From Hormiphora californensis (taxonomy: Eukaryota; Animalia; Ctenophora): a stretch of DNA of 64,000 bases. The notes under the pieces are model-generated. The model searched no databases, was not told the origin of the DNA, and saw nothing but the letters and a program-made list of their open reading frames with translations. The translations under genes were made by a program, and so were the position numbers. Shown piece by piece: positions 49,363-62,649 of the stretch. The stretch is from contig CM035353.1 in NCBI GenBank assembly GCA_020137815.1, positions 992,001-1,056,000 on the forward strand. The letters run 5' to 3'. The first letter of the stretch is position 1; each line of letters opens with the position of its first letter.

Positions 49363-50561
49363 CAGGGTGTCCCACTGTCTTTGCGTGACCTGTGATTTTG
49401 GGTGATGAGTGGGTTCCATTCAAATGCTCATAACTCATCGAAAAATAGGTCAAAACGGCTCAACCAAAAACAGTGTTGTGGAGAATTGTCAGGCGAACAC
49501 TAGGGTACAAGATTGATGTTCCAAGTCTTACCAACCGTCAGATATATCGTCTTAAAGTCAAAAATACGTGTTCATGAAATCCGACCGGGGTTCACGTTTT
49601 GAAAAATTCACAAATGCAAAGTTGCTCGGATCACATTGCATCCTTCATAAGAGTTGTAGGAAATTGTCTGGCGGTCATTTTGGTACCCGGGTTTTTGTCT
49701 TAGCTCAATGTTTAGAGTGTCCTATGACTGTCAGAACTGGAATTTTCACAAAAGTGGTCTCAGGTATCGCATTACATTTTGCCCTGTTATGAAGCTCATT
49801 GCTGCTTGAATAACATCTTAGTGCATGATAGGGTTGAGATAGACCACTTGCGTATCCTACACATTAACAGGGGCCTTGCCAAATCGTCATAACAACCCTG
49901 TCAAGTGTCTAGATGAAATTGAGACGATATGTGCTGATTATCATGGGATTACACACGACACCGAGCCACCTAATTAGGGGTTGTGAGCCGATACCAACTA
50001 AGACTCAGCATAGAAAAATCTTCATGTTCCTACAGTCATAACGCAACTAAAACGTAGAGCTATGGAAAAAATCATGGTATCAAAATGAACCTTAGACGAT
50101 TCCAATGAAGCTCTTATAAATTTCAAACCATTTTACCGATTTGTTGATGACACGTGATCCCCTCAAAAATGTTGGTTGAATTTCGTCTTTAGACAGTCAT
50201 AAGACACTCTAAACATTGAGCTAGGATAAAAACCCGGGTACCAGAATGACCGCCAGACAATTTCCTACAACTCTTATGAGGGATGCAATGTGATCCGAGC
50301 AACTTTGCATTTGTGAATTTTTCAAAACGTGAACCCCGGTCGGATTTCATGAACACGTATTTTTGACTTTAAGACGATATATCTGACGGTTGGTAAGACT
50401 TGGAACATCAATCTTGTACCCTAGTGTTCGCTTGACAATTCTCTACAACACTGTTTTTGGTTGAGCCGTTTTGACCTATTTTTCGATGAGTTATGAGCAT
50501 TTGAATGGAACGCACTCATCACCCAAAATCACAGGTCACGCAAAGACAGTGGGACACCCTG
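49363..50561. mobile_element. Tc1/mariner-type MITE
   Basis: TA|CAGGGTGTCCCACTG ... CAGTGGGACACCCTG|TA; ~370-bp near-perfect TIRs. Confidence 0.9.
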
Positions 50562-50908
50562 TATAACGTCAGCTAGAAGTGAAAGAGATTCCTAGTTTGT
50601 TAGAGGACTGTCTAAAATAAGGTAAAATACACGTCTAAAATACGTAGAAGTTTTTTATGTGTTTACCTGGGTAACGTCCTTCACCTTTTTTTGTTTTCTC
50701 CAAGAGGAGCTTGCATTCTCTGTCCCCTTCAAGGGTGTCTGCGAGATGTTTCAATATATCATTCATCTCCTTCTCCATTACCTTTCGTTTAAAGGTAAAC
50801 ACAACCTTTGCCTCCTATGGAAATATGATATGAGGAACACAGAGAGGGAAAAGTGTCAGTTTGAAAACAAAAGTGTTCGCTATCTTATTTCTGTTGGTTA
50901 ATGTTGGT

Positions 50909-51727
50909 TAGGGTGCTCCAAACGCCCCGAAAATTTTTTAATTAGCTGATCTTTTGTCCAAGTGTGACAAATGACCTCAAATGAAAAAGTACAAAATTTT
51001 TTTGAAATCGGACTTAATTTGGACTAATCGCATTTATTATTATAATTAATTATGATTTTACCTGTTGCACGAGCAAAATGACCGTTTAAGTGACTTCCGG
51101 GAAGTTTTGGCGTTTTTCTTCAACAGTATCCGATCCGGAATAGCCATGTTTATATACGACTTATGAAGCAACATGTGGTCTAAAATGCTTTGTTTTGGAG
51201 CTAGGAGCGATTTCCTGTTTGATAACTTAGTCACGTGACATGTAGCTTACTGGGCATAAAATCGCCCGTAGCGCCAAAACTAAGCATTTTAGACCAGATG
51301 TTGCTTCACAAGTCATATATAAACATGGTCATTTTGGAGCGGATCCTTTTGTCAAAAATCAATTTGGTCCACCCAATTAGCCCCAATCAGCAAACCCACA
51401 CGTGTGACGTCATAATTCACTAATTCGTCCATAACTCCAAAACTAAGCATTTTAGACCATATGTTGCTTCATAAGTCATATATAAACATGGCCATTCCGG
51501 ATCGGATACTGTTGAAGAAAAACGCCAAAACTTCCCGGAAGTCACCTAAACGGTCATTTTGCTCGCGCAACAGGTAAAATCATAATTAATTATGCGATTA
51601 GTCCAAATTAAGTCCGATTTCAAAAAAAATTTGTACTTTTTCATTTGAGGTCATTTGTCACACTTGGACAAAAGATCAGCTCTTGAATCAAAAATTTTAA
51701 AAATCATGGGGCGTTTGGAGCACCCTA
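50909..51727. mobile_element. hAT-type MITE
   Basis: TAGGGTGCTCCAAACGCCCC TIRs, long inverted arms, 8-bp TSD ATGTTGGT. The empty site is seen in the duplicated flank at ~52780-52800. Confidence 0.92.
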
Positions 51728-51746
51728 ATGTTGGTTTGGCATAATA

Positions 51747-54700
51747 CTAATAATAATAAGTGGGTGATATCCGTAACCGTAACCGTTTATCGTCAATGGC
51801 ACACAGAGCTCGTTTCAGCTGACGTCTCTCATGGACAATGTGTGCTCGAGATTGTATTGTATGCTGATATACTGTCTTTATTCTCTTTCTACCCGTAACG
51901 ATTTCATAAAAGTTCTCATGCTCAATTTCCCTGTCAGCCACAGCACGTTTCACCCCTTCTTCCATCCAAATCCTTTTCTGTTGACAACCTGGTTAGTTTC
52001 GGTCGTCCCATCGGAGGAAGAATTAACGGACCCAACTTCTGGGGAAGTTTTGGCCGATCTGCTTCCATGCATTGATGTCACTGACACATCATGTCAGTAT
52101 CACGACTGGGTTTATAGTTGCAGATGTAAAAAGAAAAGATGAAAATATGAAAAATAACAATAATATTGTTACAATATTCAGATCTTTAGAAAAGTAAGAG
52201 GGTGGAAAGGGTCCTCTGCCCAGAAGAAGTAGCCCTGTTACCCATACTCGAAATATGGAACACATACTTTAGATATACTTAAAAAACAAAACGGCAGCAC
52301 TGTTACACATACTTCTGTTTTAGATATTTAAAAAATACGTTATAAACAATATAATATTGTCTTAAAATAAAGTGGGGTTCTTCCATCAGCCATCTCAATA
52401 TAATAAAGCGAAGTCGGGTACGGTGCACCCTCTCTTTACAGATCTTCTAACCGTTAAAGATAGTGGGGAGAGATATACCTGATCATCTTCAGAGTCATCC
52501 ATGACGCTAACCCCTAGTTATATACGCTAATCTCTCTCTCTCTCTCTTGCTATTCGTCCCATGATCTCTCCTAATTATCTCTGCTCCCGGGATTGCAAAT
52601 ACCGAGCACAGATACAAGGGGGGGGGGTGAAAATAGAGACAACTAACACAGAGAGAGAGAGAGGATGCACTAGCCGGGATAGTAGACATACAGTAGACAG
52701 GCCCTCGTACAATATTTCTCCAACTATTTCTCACAAACAGACTCACCAACAAACAAACCAACATACACCATATTTCAGTTGGTTAATGTTGGTTTGGCAT
52801 AATACTAATAATAATAAGTAGGTGATATCCGTAACCGTTTATCGTCAATGGCACACAGAGCTCGTTTCAGCTGACGTCTCTCATGGACAATGTGTGTCCG
52901 AGATTGTATTGTATGCTGATATACTGTCTTTATTCTCTTTCTACCCGTAAAAAACAAAACGGCAGCACTGTTACACATACACCTTCTTTAGATATGTTTA
53001 AAAAACAAAACGGTATAAACAATATAATATTGTCTTAAAATAAAGTGGGATTCTTCCATCAGCCATCTCAATATAATAAAGCGAAGTCGGGTACGGTGCA
53101 CCCTCTCTTTACAGATCTTCTAACCGTTAAAGATAGTGGGGAGAGATATACCTGATCATCTTCAGAGTCATCCATGACGCTATTGGGATTTTACAAGCGG
53201 GCTTAGTGTATAACATGTGAATGAGCCACCATTGGAATGAGAGATTAAAACTATTTTATAGGCTGTAATTGAATTAAGAGTTATATAAAAAGTTAAGTTA
53301 TATTATAAAAAAGAATTTTCTCAACAAATAAATGAACATGTTATATTTACCCACGACTCAAGCAACTAGCACCCTCTATCTCACTCACACTTGCCCCCAT
53401 CCCGAACTAAACGTAGCGTGTGCAATAACATGAGACTGAGAGAGACAGCGCAGGAGAATAGAAGAAAGAGGGGATATCATACCCAAAGTCAGAAGTGGGT
53501 GGTCCATGACTGGTTTTGGTCTAAATTGTCCATTCCATAAATGGTATAGCAGTTTTGGTACGCCCCTAAAGGGACATACCCGTCGTTTAGCAAGGCCGTG
53601 TTCAAGGGTGAAGTGGGTTGGTGGAGAGTCCTGTTTAGTTTGCCGGAAAGGTAGCCCTGTTCGTTCTTCCTACTTCATTTCAGTCACCGTTGAGTTGAAG
53701 GTGAAAAAGGATACAGATATCTCAATGTCTTTGAAGCCTCGACTAAACGGTGACTGAAATGAAGTAGGAAGAACGAACAGGGCCACCTTTCCGGCCAACT
53801 AATTTCAATTAGTTTTTGCTCTAATAAGTAAACAGTTTTACGTTGTAGTTGATGACAGTTTGAAGTTTCACAAGATTGCTTCTAAACATACCTCTCTTAA
53901 AATCTTTCGTATTGACCCTAGCCGCTACTGGTGATGTTATGTCCCCCGTCATCAAGTTAATCTTACCCTTTACGGCCTTCCTTTTTCCCGTACACGTCGG
54001 TGTTGTGTGGAACACTCCACTTTTCCATCGACTTGCAACTGCATTAACCCGGGCAGGTAAAAAATAACAATAATATTGTTACAATGTTCAGATCTTTAGA
54101 AAAGTAAGAGGGTGGAAAGGTCCTCTACCCAGAAGAAGTAGCTCTGTAACACATACTCGAAATATGGAACACATACTTTAGATATACTTAAAAAACAAAA
54201 CGGTATAAACAAAGTTTCTGACCGATCTGCTTCCATGCATTGACATGTCAGTAACACGAAACAAACGGTATAAACAATATAATATTGTCTTTAAATAAAG
54301 TGGGATTCTTCTATCACCCATCTCAATGGAATGAAGTGAAGTGCGTGATACCCGTAACATATACTGTTATATCATGGATAAACAACTGGGGTAAACCTAA
54401 CTACATGTCCCAGAACAGATACACAAATGACAATTCACATTCATGGCAATCATAGCTTGTTCTGATATTTTCCCGACTTTAGTTGAGAAATGTCTGGCGG
54501 CTCAGAACAACGTCTTACAACTTTTGTTACTCAAATAACTAATCTAATATTCAAAACCAGATGACATTGACCCATGATTGGGTTATCACTGTTATACATA
54601 CGTCTGCTTTAGATGTTTAAAAAATACGTTATAAATAATATAATATTGTCTTAAAATAAAGTGGGGTTCTTCCATCATCCATCTCAATGAAATAAAGTGA

Positions 54701-55330
54701 AGTGGGTGATACCCGTAACAATTTGATAAAAGTTCTCATGCTCAATTCCCCTATCAGGCACAGCATGTTTCACCCCAGCTTTGTCAATATGGTATTTCAG
54801 ACGCTGTGATTGTGCCGTTTCGTCTTTAATCGACTGAACAGTGTCGTCCATATCAGTGTCAACCTGAGAAAAAGGCGTGTTTGTATGGTTACAACGACTT
54901 ACAGACTACAGTGTTTGTTAAAAAGAATAAATGTTGGACAAATGTTTGACAAAACGATACATCTCAGGGTTTACAGTTGGGTTTACAGTTGCAGATGTAA
55001 AAAAACAAAAGATGAAAATAGAAATATGAAAAATAACAATAATATTGTTACAATTATATTCAGATCTTTAGAAAAGTAAAAGGGTCCTCTGCCCAGAAGA
55101 AGTAGCTCTGTTACACATACTCAAAATTTGGAACACCTTCTTTAGATATATTTAAAAAACAAAACGGTATAAACAATATAATATTGTCTTAAAATAAAGT
55201 GGGGTTCTTCTATCACCCATCTCAATGAAATAAAGTGAAGTGGGTGATACCCGTAACAATTTGATAAAAGTTCTCATGCTCAATTTCCCTATCAGCCACA
55301 GCACGTTTTACCCCAGCTGTTGACGTTTTC
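51747..55330 (-). pseudogene. Multiply duplicated fragments of a Polinton/Maverick-type protein-primed DNA polymerase B C-terminus
   Basis: 51965-51780: GVKRAVADREIEHENFYEIV...VYQHTIQSRAHIVHERRQLKRALCAIDDKR (pPolB KGV...IRS..H...K.ALS..DDKR pattern). The copy at ~54865-54710 reads VDTD..IKDET..KAGVKHAV. Further partial copies at ~52790-52950 and ~55250-55320. Confidence 0.7.
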
Positions 55331-57677
55331 ACACTTCCTTCACCCATCTCCATACTGATCTTCAGTCTGTACTTTCTCAGGAACGCTTATAATGATTCTA
55401 TGCCTGATTCTATGCCTGCTTCTATTCCTGATTCTATGGGCTCTACTTCTCCATTTAATGAAAAAGTTGACAGAACCCACTTTCCTCTCCATCTTTTCCG
55501 CTAGCTCGTCCAGTTTCTTCTTGCTTTCGATGAATCTTGGTATTGTCTCCACTCTCATCGTGTAGTAAGTGGTCGTCAGATTCACTATCTTCCATAGACC
55601 GTCAGGAACTAGTTCAACGTCCTCTCCGATGAAACCTGCGACTTTTATACACCTGGCGCCCAGGACCCACGTCCTCCGTTGTATCATAATTCTCTGACAT
55701 TGCTTCACTTGTTTTTGAATAAGTATGGAGACTATAGACCTTCAAGGTCATATAAATAAAGATTAAACAATGGAAAGCACAGTATTCAGTCTCATGGTCA
55801 TGAGTTTCAATGATATCATATTTTTTAGCGTACCGTTTCCTTCAGCACCAATTGATATGCTGAGCAGCTGGACACGTTTCTCTTCTTTGATGTCAAGATC
55901 TTCACAGGCTATTGTTCCAACCATTCTTTTAGGTCCTCGGATTTACCACTCCCATTGCTCCATCTGGAGTTTCTTGGATGCTGTAGCCATTGTAGGTTCG
56001 GAATTCTCGTCGCCAATTGATGTGTTTGGGATCGGGTTGAGACTTGATAATCCTTGTAATTCTTGTCAGGACCTGGAATTTTTGGGGGGCAAGCTAATTT
56101 TTCACCAAATGTTACCCAAGGGTCCCCTGAGCCACCACAAAAAAGTCTAAGAGTGAAGTCCTTGCGGAGAGGTCATTTCCGGGCCACGCCCCTATTTACC
56201 TGCATTATCAGTCATAATTCCAAAATTATGTAAATCCTCTTAGGAAAAGAGTAGAGAAAAAACCAAGGGCACTAAAGTGATCAGCGTCCTCACATTAGTG
56301 GGGGTAGGTGCAAAAATTAAGTTTCTATCTGGTCGCGTTAATGAGTTAATTGGATAATTAGGTGCACGAATAACCGTTTTTGGCCATATGGCTATAGCCA
56401 CTTGTTGTTGTTGTTGTTGTTGAAAGCGGTTGGTGCATTTTGGGGCCTTTGTTAGGGGCCCACGGTTGACCATGGAAGGCTTCCCGGGTTTGGGATTAGC
56501 CACCGCTGGGGGTTACAAGTGCACGTGAATAAATGGACTGAAGAACTTGGTTACCACCGGGATGTCGAGTTGCCGTGAGGCGTCTCGGTGGGTTTGTTGT
56601 GAGATGGGTGAGGACCGGGGCTACCCCATGACAAGGTGAGGAGTGAGGGGGGGCGCCCCGGTATTTTTATTTTCAAGCTTTTTGGTTTCTTTTATGAATT
56701 CCAAGAATGTGTGTCATCTCTTGGTGGTAGATTAGAGTCTCGTCGTCATAATCCTTAGAGATCACCGCCCTTTGGGTAGGGGTTCGGGTACCTGTGGAGG
56801 TAAGGTCTGGTCAGGGAAGATTTAGAGGAATATTGCAAGCAATGGAGTTAACTGAGGGTGTTACTTTGTTAGAGTTTATTTTCTATGTCTAGTCTAGGTC
56901 TTTGTATACTAACCGAGCATTGTGAAAGCAGAACACACACAAGAATGCAGTAAAACAGAAGTGGTGCCTAATATTAGGATTGCTCTCCCTCTTCAGGGGT
57001 AACTTTCTAGAATTATTACGTCACTGCTTTGTTCTTGGAAGATTCTATGTAATCCTATCGCGCGTGCCTATCCGCGCTCAGGGAGTATGGACTTTCGTTT
57101 GGGCTGGGGCTTCGCGCCTTACAGATGTGCACCCTATTTATGACCAAGATTTAATGTTATTTCTTAACATGTTTACTTATATGTTTGGGGACGAGGTAGG
57201 GGGTTTTAGTTAGTTGACTGATGTATGTTAGACAGGGGGGTATGTTCTTACCGTGTGTGTTTATAGTCTGTCCCGATTCGTGGGTCTGCACTCCTTTGTC
57301 TTGGAGGGTCGGAAATGGGGTTTGCGTTGTCGCTTCTTCCATGCTTGTGTACACGGTAGCAAGTATTATCAGAGACAGCAGAAGTGATAGTGTCGGGTCT
57401 GTGTCCCCTTCTGTAACGCGTTGATAGCGTTTCGATTTGACTGCCATTTTCGGATGGTGATCCTAGAGATAGCTAGGGGATGGGGGAGGGTGTTAGCATG
57501 TCTTACGTTGTTTTAACCTTTAGTAGGGGGGTTTTTGGAGGGTATCCAGTGTTTCTCGACTTAACATCTTAACTCTGTCGATACATACTGACGGCAAAGT
57601 TATTTGTTTTTTATGGGTCCACTGCGTTTTAGTGACACAGATCGGGTATAAGTCCCCTAAGAATTTTAGAAATCTAT

Positions 57678-57745
57678 CTCCGTAATGGCCGAGTGGTTAG
57701 AGCGCCTAACTTTGAGACGTGAGGTCCAGGGTTCAAATCCCGTAT
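57678..57745 (+). other. tRNA-derived sequence (pseudogene or SINE head)
   Basis: A-box TGGCCGAGTGGTTAG and B-box GGTTCAAATCC at tRNA spacing; acceptor and anticodon stems do not pair. Confidence 0.6.
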
Positions 57746-57797
57746 AAAAAATTTACTTTTTACTTTAAAAATTTTCAACGGCTATTCTGTTCTTAAG

Positions 57798-58023
57798 TTT
57801 TTTGTTTGAACGTTGTGCAGTCAGGCTCCACTGGGGGGGGGGGGGGGGGTGGTAAACTGTAACTACTGGGTTGGGGGAGTGGGAGGGAAGAAGTTGACAG
57901 GAGGTGTAAAAAGTTTTTTGTTTGAACGTTGTGCAATCAGGCTCCACTGAGGGGGGTGGTAAACTGTAACTACTGGGTTGGGGGAGTGGGAGGGAAGAAG
58001 TTGACAGGAGGTGTAAAAAGAAA
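57798..58023. repeat. Two-copy tandem duplication (~110 bp)
   Basis: TTTTTTGTTTGAACGTTGTGCA.TCAGGCTCCACTG...GACAGGAGGTGTAAAAAG twice. Confidence 0.85.
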
Positions 58024-61000
58024 GTGAAAATTTGGATACATCGGTTTCACATAATTTCCACATAATTACCACGTACAGTTAAAACATCTCATAAAAACTC
58101 TCTTTGGACACAACCGCTTCACCTGATTTTCTCGTAAACATTAACGTCATTTATTTTTCAGTCATCCCATTTTGGGCACCATCCCTATTACAGGGTACCA
58201 TCCCGTTTCTGGGCTCCATCCCGTATTTGGGCTCCATCCCTTTGCAGGGCGTCATCCCATTTCTGGGCGGATCCTTAGCGTTAGCTTCGGGCAGAGGGGG
58301 GGGGGGGTTGGTATCGAGCCAAGGTACTTGGGCCCAGTGCACTACTAACTGGGGTACTGGTGTACACCAACCCAATTTAGAGTGAGCAGTTTAATGTCAT
58401 GCTCAGGAGATGTCTCTTATCTTACGAGAGACTAGTTGTGATTTGACCGCAATCTTTGGACCATCAGCCAGTAAGGCCCGCGGCAGTGGGACTGGACCAT
58501 AAGACAGACATACATGTAGACCTACATACCACAACATAGTACAGAACAGGGTCCAGCTGGCACGAAGAACTCATTTCTAAGTTCCCCCCACTGGCTATAG
58601 CCACTTTGGAATGGTTTAGAGACTTTTCACTGGTGCCATTTTGTAGGCAATGGCTAACTTGTGGGGGGTCGTGGTCGGACTTTTAAGCTCTATCTTCAAC
58701 TATTGAGTCCATAAACGCATACGGAAATACACCTTTTCTGTACAGAAGCGGTGCAAGTTCCAATTTCTGTATATTCTCTGGAATCTCTGGAATCTCTCTA
58801 TCAAGGTCCATTTTGGTTCTGCTAATGAAAGGGTCCTCATTTCCAAATCCAGGAATCTCGAATCTCGATTGAAGGTGTCGACCACCCTCATTGAATGAGT
58901 ATGCATATCATCGTCTTCACAAATATACCCGACCGGAACACGTGGCATGTTGTCCGCAGTAAGCATGAGTGAGCGTCCCTTTAGCACGCCTTCTAGAACA
59001 GCTTTCCCGACCGGATCTGTGCCTGGATTCCGTGCAACAATAATGTTCATATTTATATTTAAAATGAATAGTTCATATATACGAATTTAATAAAGAGTAT
59101 ATTAAAGAATATAATTGTGCCGGGTAGAACGGAGCCCGGGTAGAACGGAGCCCTCGGAGGTGTACAAAGCAATAAATGATGAGGTGGCTCCGTATTCTCT
59201 CATGTAAGGAAGACTAAGCTGTTTTAATAATACTTATATCATAATCAATTTTACTTTTAATTAAAGGTGCTGCTATCAAGTGAGCGGAACATATACTGAA
59301 CGATACCACTCTCACAATGGGAGCGTTATCTTCTATATGATAATTAATAAATTTCCTTTTCTCCTTTCTCTCCACTGCGTTGGTGGCGTTGCAGTTGGTG
59401 GTGTCGAAAACCATGGCCACCGCGTTGTCTCTGCAGTTCCAATCATCTTACCTTGCTAATTTGGGGGCCTACTAGATCCTGTGAAAGTGCTCCACATGTT
59501 ACCTTGCTAATTTGGGGGCCTACTAGCTCCTGTGATTTGTGTGAAAGTGCTGGTACAGCTAGGAGTTTAATACATCCCTAGATGTAGGGTGATTCAGCGC
59601 CCCCAATCAATGCTTTCACTAGGTATTGTATAATGAGGTGTGTTGGACGAAATTATCGACTTACAAAAGTTGTTACATTCGTATATTTCCGGTATGGGTT
59701 TGCCACCTTCTCCACATATATATTCCCCGTCCCTTACTGCAATCACCTCGGCTTGGAGTAGTGTACTTTTCAACTTCTCCTTTATCTTCTTCCCTAGATC
59801 GGTGCACTTCTTCAGTGGATCTGCGGAAATTGACATTGCAGAACTGTTCTAAACTTTTCCCTGTATATTACATGAACTATAAGTATAACACCCCTTTGTC
59901 CTAAACTTCTGTTTATATGTCAAGTGTCAACAATGTGTTTGTTGACAACTAGAACCTCTGCCAACAGGTATATTGGGCCACCACATGTAGCTTATTGGGC
60001 CACCATGCAGTTTTCTCTTTCTTTTCTGTTCAGTATCCATGACATTGCTTGTTATGAAATGAGTATGGGGAGACCATCACATGGTCATATAAACATGGTC
60101 ATATAAACATGGTCATATAAACATGATAAATAATTAATTAAACAACAGAAAGTGCAACATCAGTCTCATGGCCGTGAGTTTCAATGTTATTATTTATCCG
60201 ATACATTTCAAGGAAAGCGTTTTATTAGAAAGTTACCGGGGGGATAAAATCATACTGGCACTGTGATCTGAATTCCTCCAAATCCATTTTCTTGGACACA
60301 AAACCTTTCGGGGAGGGATGCACTGGCTTTTTCACAAAAGCAACCAGATTTCGACTCGGATTCCCTCGTATAGCACTTGATTCCTTCCTAAGAGGAACCC
60401 CCACTCCCTTATCACCTTCGCATGATCTCGCATCAACTATTATACGTTATATAATGTTTTAGAATTCAGAGGATTCTGAGGTAAACTTGACTCCATCTAA
60501 GTTCATCCATGTTCATCCATGTTGCACATCGCTCGCTGCACATCTTAGCTATACAACGAGAACATTACAGCATTTATCATACCTGTAGGAAGACCCTCGC
60601 GACACGTTTTCGTACGCTACAACATACACAAGTTGGTCAGCACAGACCCGGAATAAAGTTCCTTCCCAAAGTATGCCAAATTGGCATGGTGGATTGTGCC
60701 GGCGGTGTGGGTTTTGTATTCCCTAATAATATCCGGGAGAAGATGGCGCTTTTTGTCCCATCCGGGTTCTCAACCGCCTGGTAGTACGGGTAGCCAGTAC
60801 CCTTCTTGCATATGGCGTACCGGACTCTTCCCGCCACTCGCCAGTTCTCCTACTTAGATGAGCTGCAGAAAATTGAAAATCGTCCTAATACAAATTCCGG
60901 GCCATTAGCGAAGTGATAACTGGTTCGTTATTCGAATTCTTTTTATCTCTTTACCTCACTCCTCACTTTGCCCCATTTATGTGTACATGTATGTATTTTC

Positions 61001-61050
61001 GGATGGAGGACCAGTGATTACTGATTATGATATTGTATGTTGAACTACTA

Positions 61051-61368
61051 TTAGTTTTGAGACCCGTTATATACTTGTTTTAATTGGTATCCAAACCGTG
61101 AAAGGTTAAAAGAGCTAGACAGGGTATTACATACAGAATGTTTCAAATCATTAGTTTTCTCATTTTTATCATGTTTTAGACCTGAAATAACAATGGTTGA
61201 TCGGCGACTGTACTGATCTGTTTTCGCACACTCTTTCTCAAGTTCAGCGATTCTCTCTCTCTGCTCATCTAAACGCTTGTCCTGCTCACTGATTTTGGTA
61301 CAAAGTAATGTGAACAAAGCTAGAACTGGTGGAGCAATATTACTAGTACCCTTACTAAGATCATCCAA
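61051..61368 (-). mobile_element. LINE ORF1-like fragment (coiled coil plus start of the RRM)
   Basis: Coiled coil ISEQDKRLDEQRERIAELEKE followed by DQYSRRSTIVISGL, the (D/E)QYSRRxxxxIxG motif typical of CR1/L2/L1-type ORF1p; truncated. Confidence 0.7.
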
Positions 61369-62649
61369 TTTAGACTGGAGATCAGGATCACATGGAATAG
61401 GACTAGCCGGATCAATATTTGAAGCAGTATTAACTTGATCTTTACCCTTCTTAGGAGGAACCTGTTTTGTGTTTTCCCAGCGGTATTACGTGTTTCTATT
61501 ATCATAATACCCAGTTATTACCCCTCAAATTAATTAACTATAGTAGGATATAATTGAAATATAGTGTGTAACAAGTATGGGGAAAAGAAAAAGATTCTGG
61601 AGTGTGTGCTAAAAAGCAAGGTTGCAGTGGAGAGCAGGAGCAACCAAAGGGGGACAATAGGAAGTAGACAGATATGATATATAAAAATATGATTACTTTT
61701 CAAAATACTAAGACTATACTTCTTCAGAATTACTACCCCTTAGCTTCCACGCAGTTGATTTACATGCTGTGGCCAGCTCCTTTAGGCTCTTCGTCGCCCA
61801 TCTTTGCTCTCCCAATAACTCTCTCCCGAGACCGCCAGTAATTGTCATTACAAGGATAGTAAACACTCCACCATCCACTTCCAACACCCTATGATTTATC
61901 CCGTCTTCTTTTCGTTTTCATGTTTTATGAATGTTTGGGGGATCGAAAAATTAAATTTATCTTCTATCATAATTCAAAACTTATTCTCTTGGATCATCAT
62001 CTTCACCTGTAAACAGTACCGGGTGGTGTTGTGTTGATTGTGGTAGGTTACTCCTTTTACCCAGTTAAGTGAGTTGTGAAAGTGAAACATTTTGAGACCA
62101 TTGCACTGCCTCTCCACCGCATCTCGTCGTCACAAACACGAAGCATACTTCTTCCCACAAGTCCTACAAATGGAAGATACGCCCATGATTTTGAAATCAT
62201 TTGCACTGCCTCTCCACCGCCTCTCCTACGTGTCCTACCTGGGAGAAACAGTCAGGAAAGTATCCTCTTCATCGAGAGATTTATTTATTTGTCCTTTTAA
62301 TCTTATGAATCGATATCTAAGTGCTCCACGTCATATGTGACAGGTAGATGTCTGGTAGGTCCAATGTCCATACAGGAGAAATCATTTACCCAGTCCAACC
62401 TATGGTATATATGTTTTAATTAATATCAGTTGATACATGAGTTACTAGTTGTTGCATTTGTCTGCTTCTTTTCTTCGGATGTATAGCTGCTGTTCGAATG
62501 GGTCTTGCTTATCTTTGACTAGTATAGCATGTTGCTCCAAGATAGCATTTCGTACATTAGCAGTGTCCAGTTTTCGGGTGCACTTGTATCGTATTCCATG
62601 TGCATTGTCCCCTCATGTCAGTACATACAGAAGACTTCTATAACACAGG

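Noticed and set aside
57678-57745. Functional tRNA gene
   Set aside because: Acceptor and anticodon stems do not base-pair.
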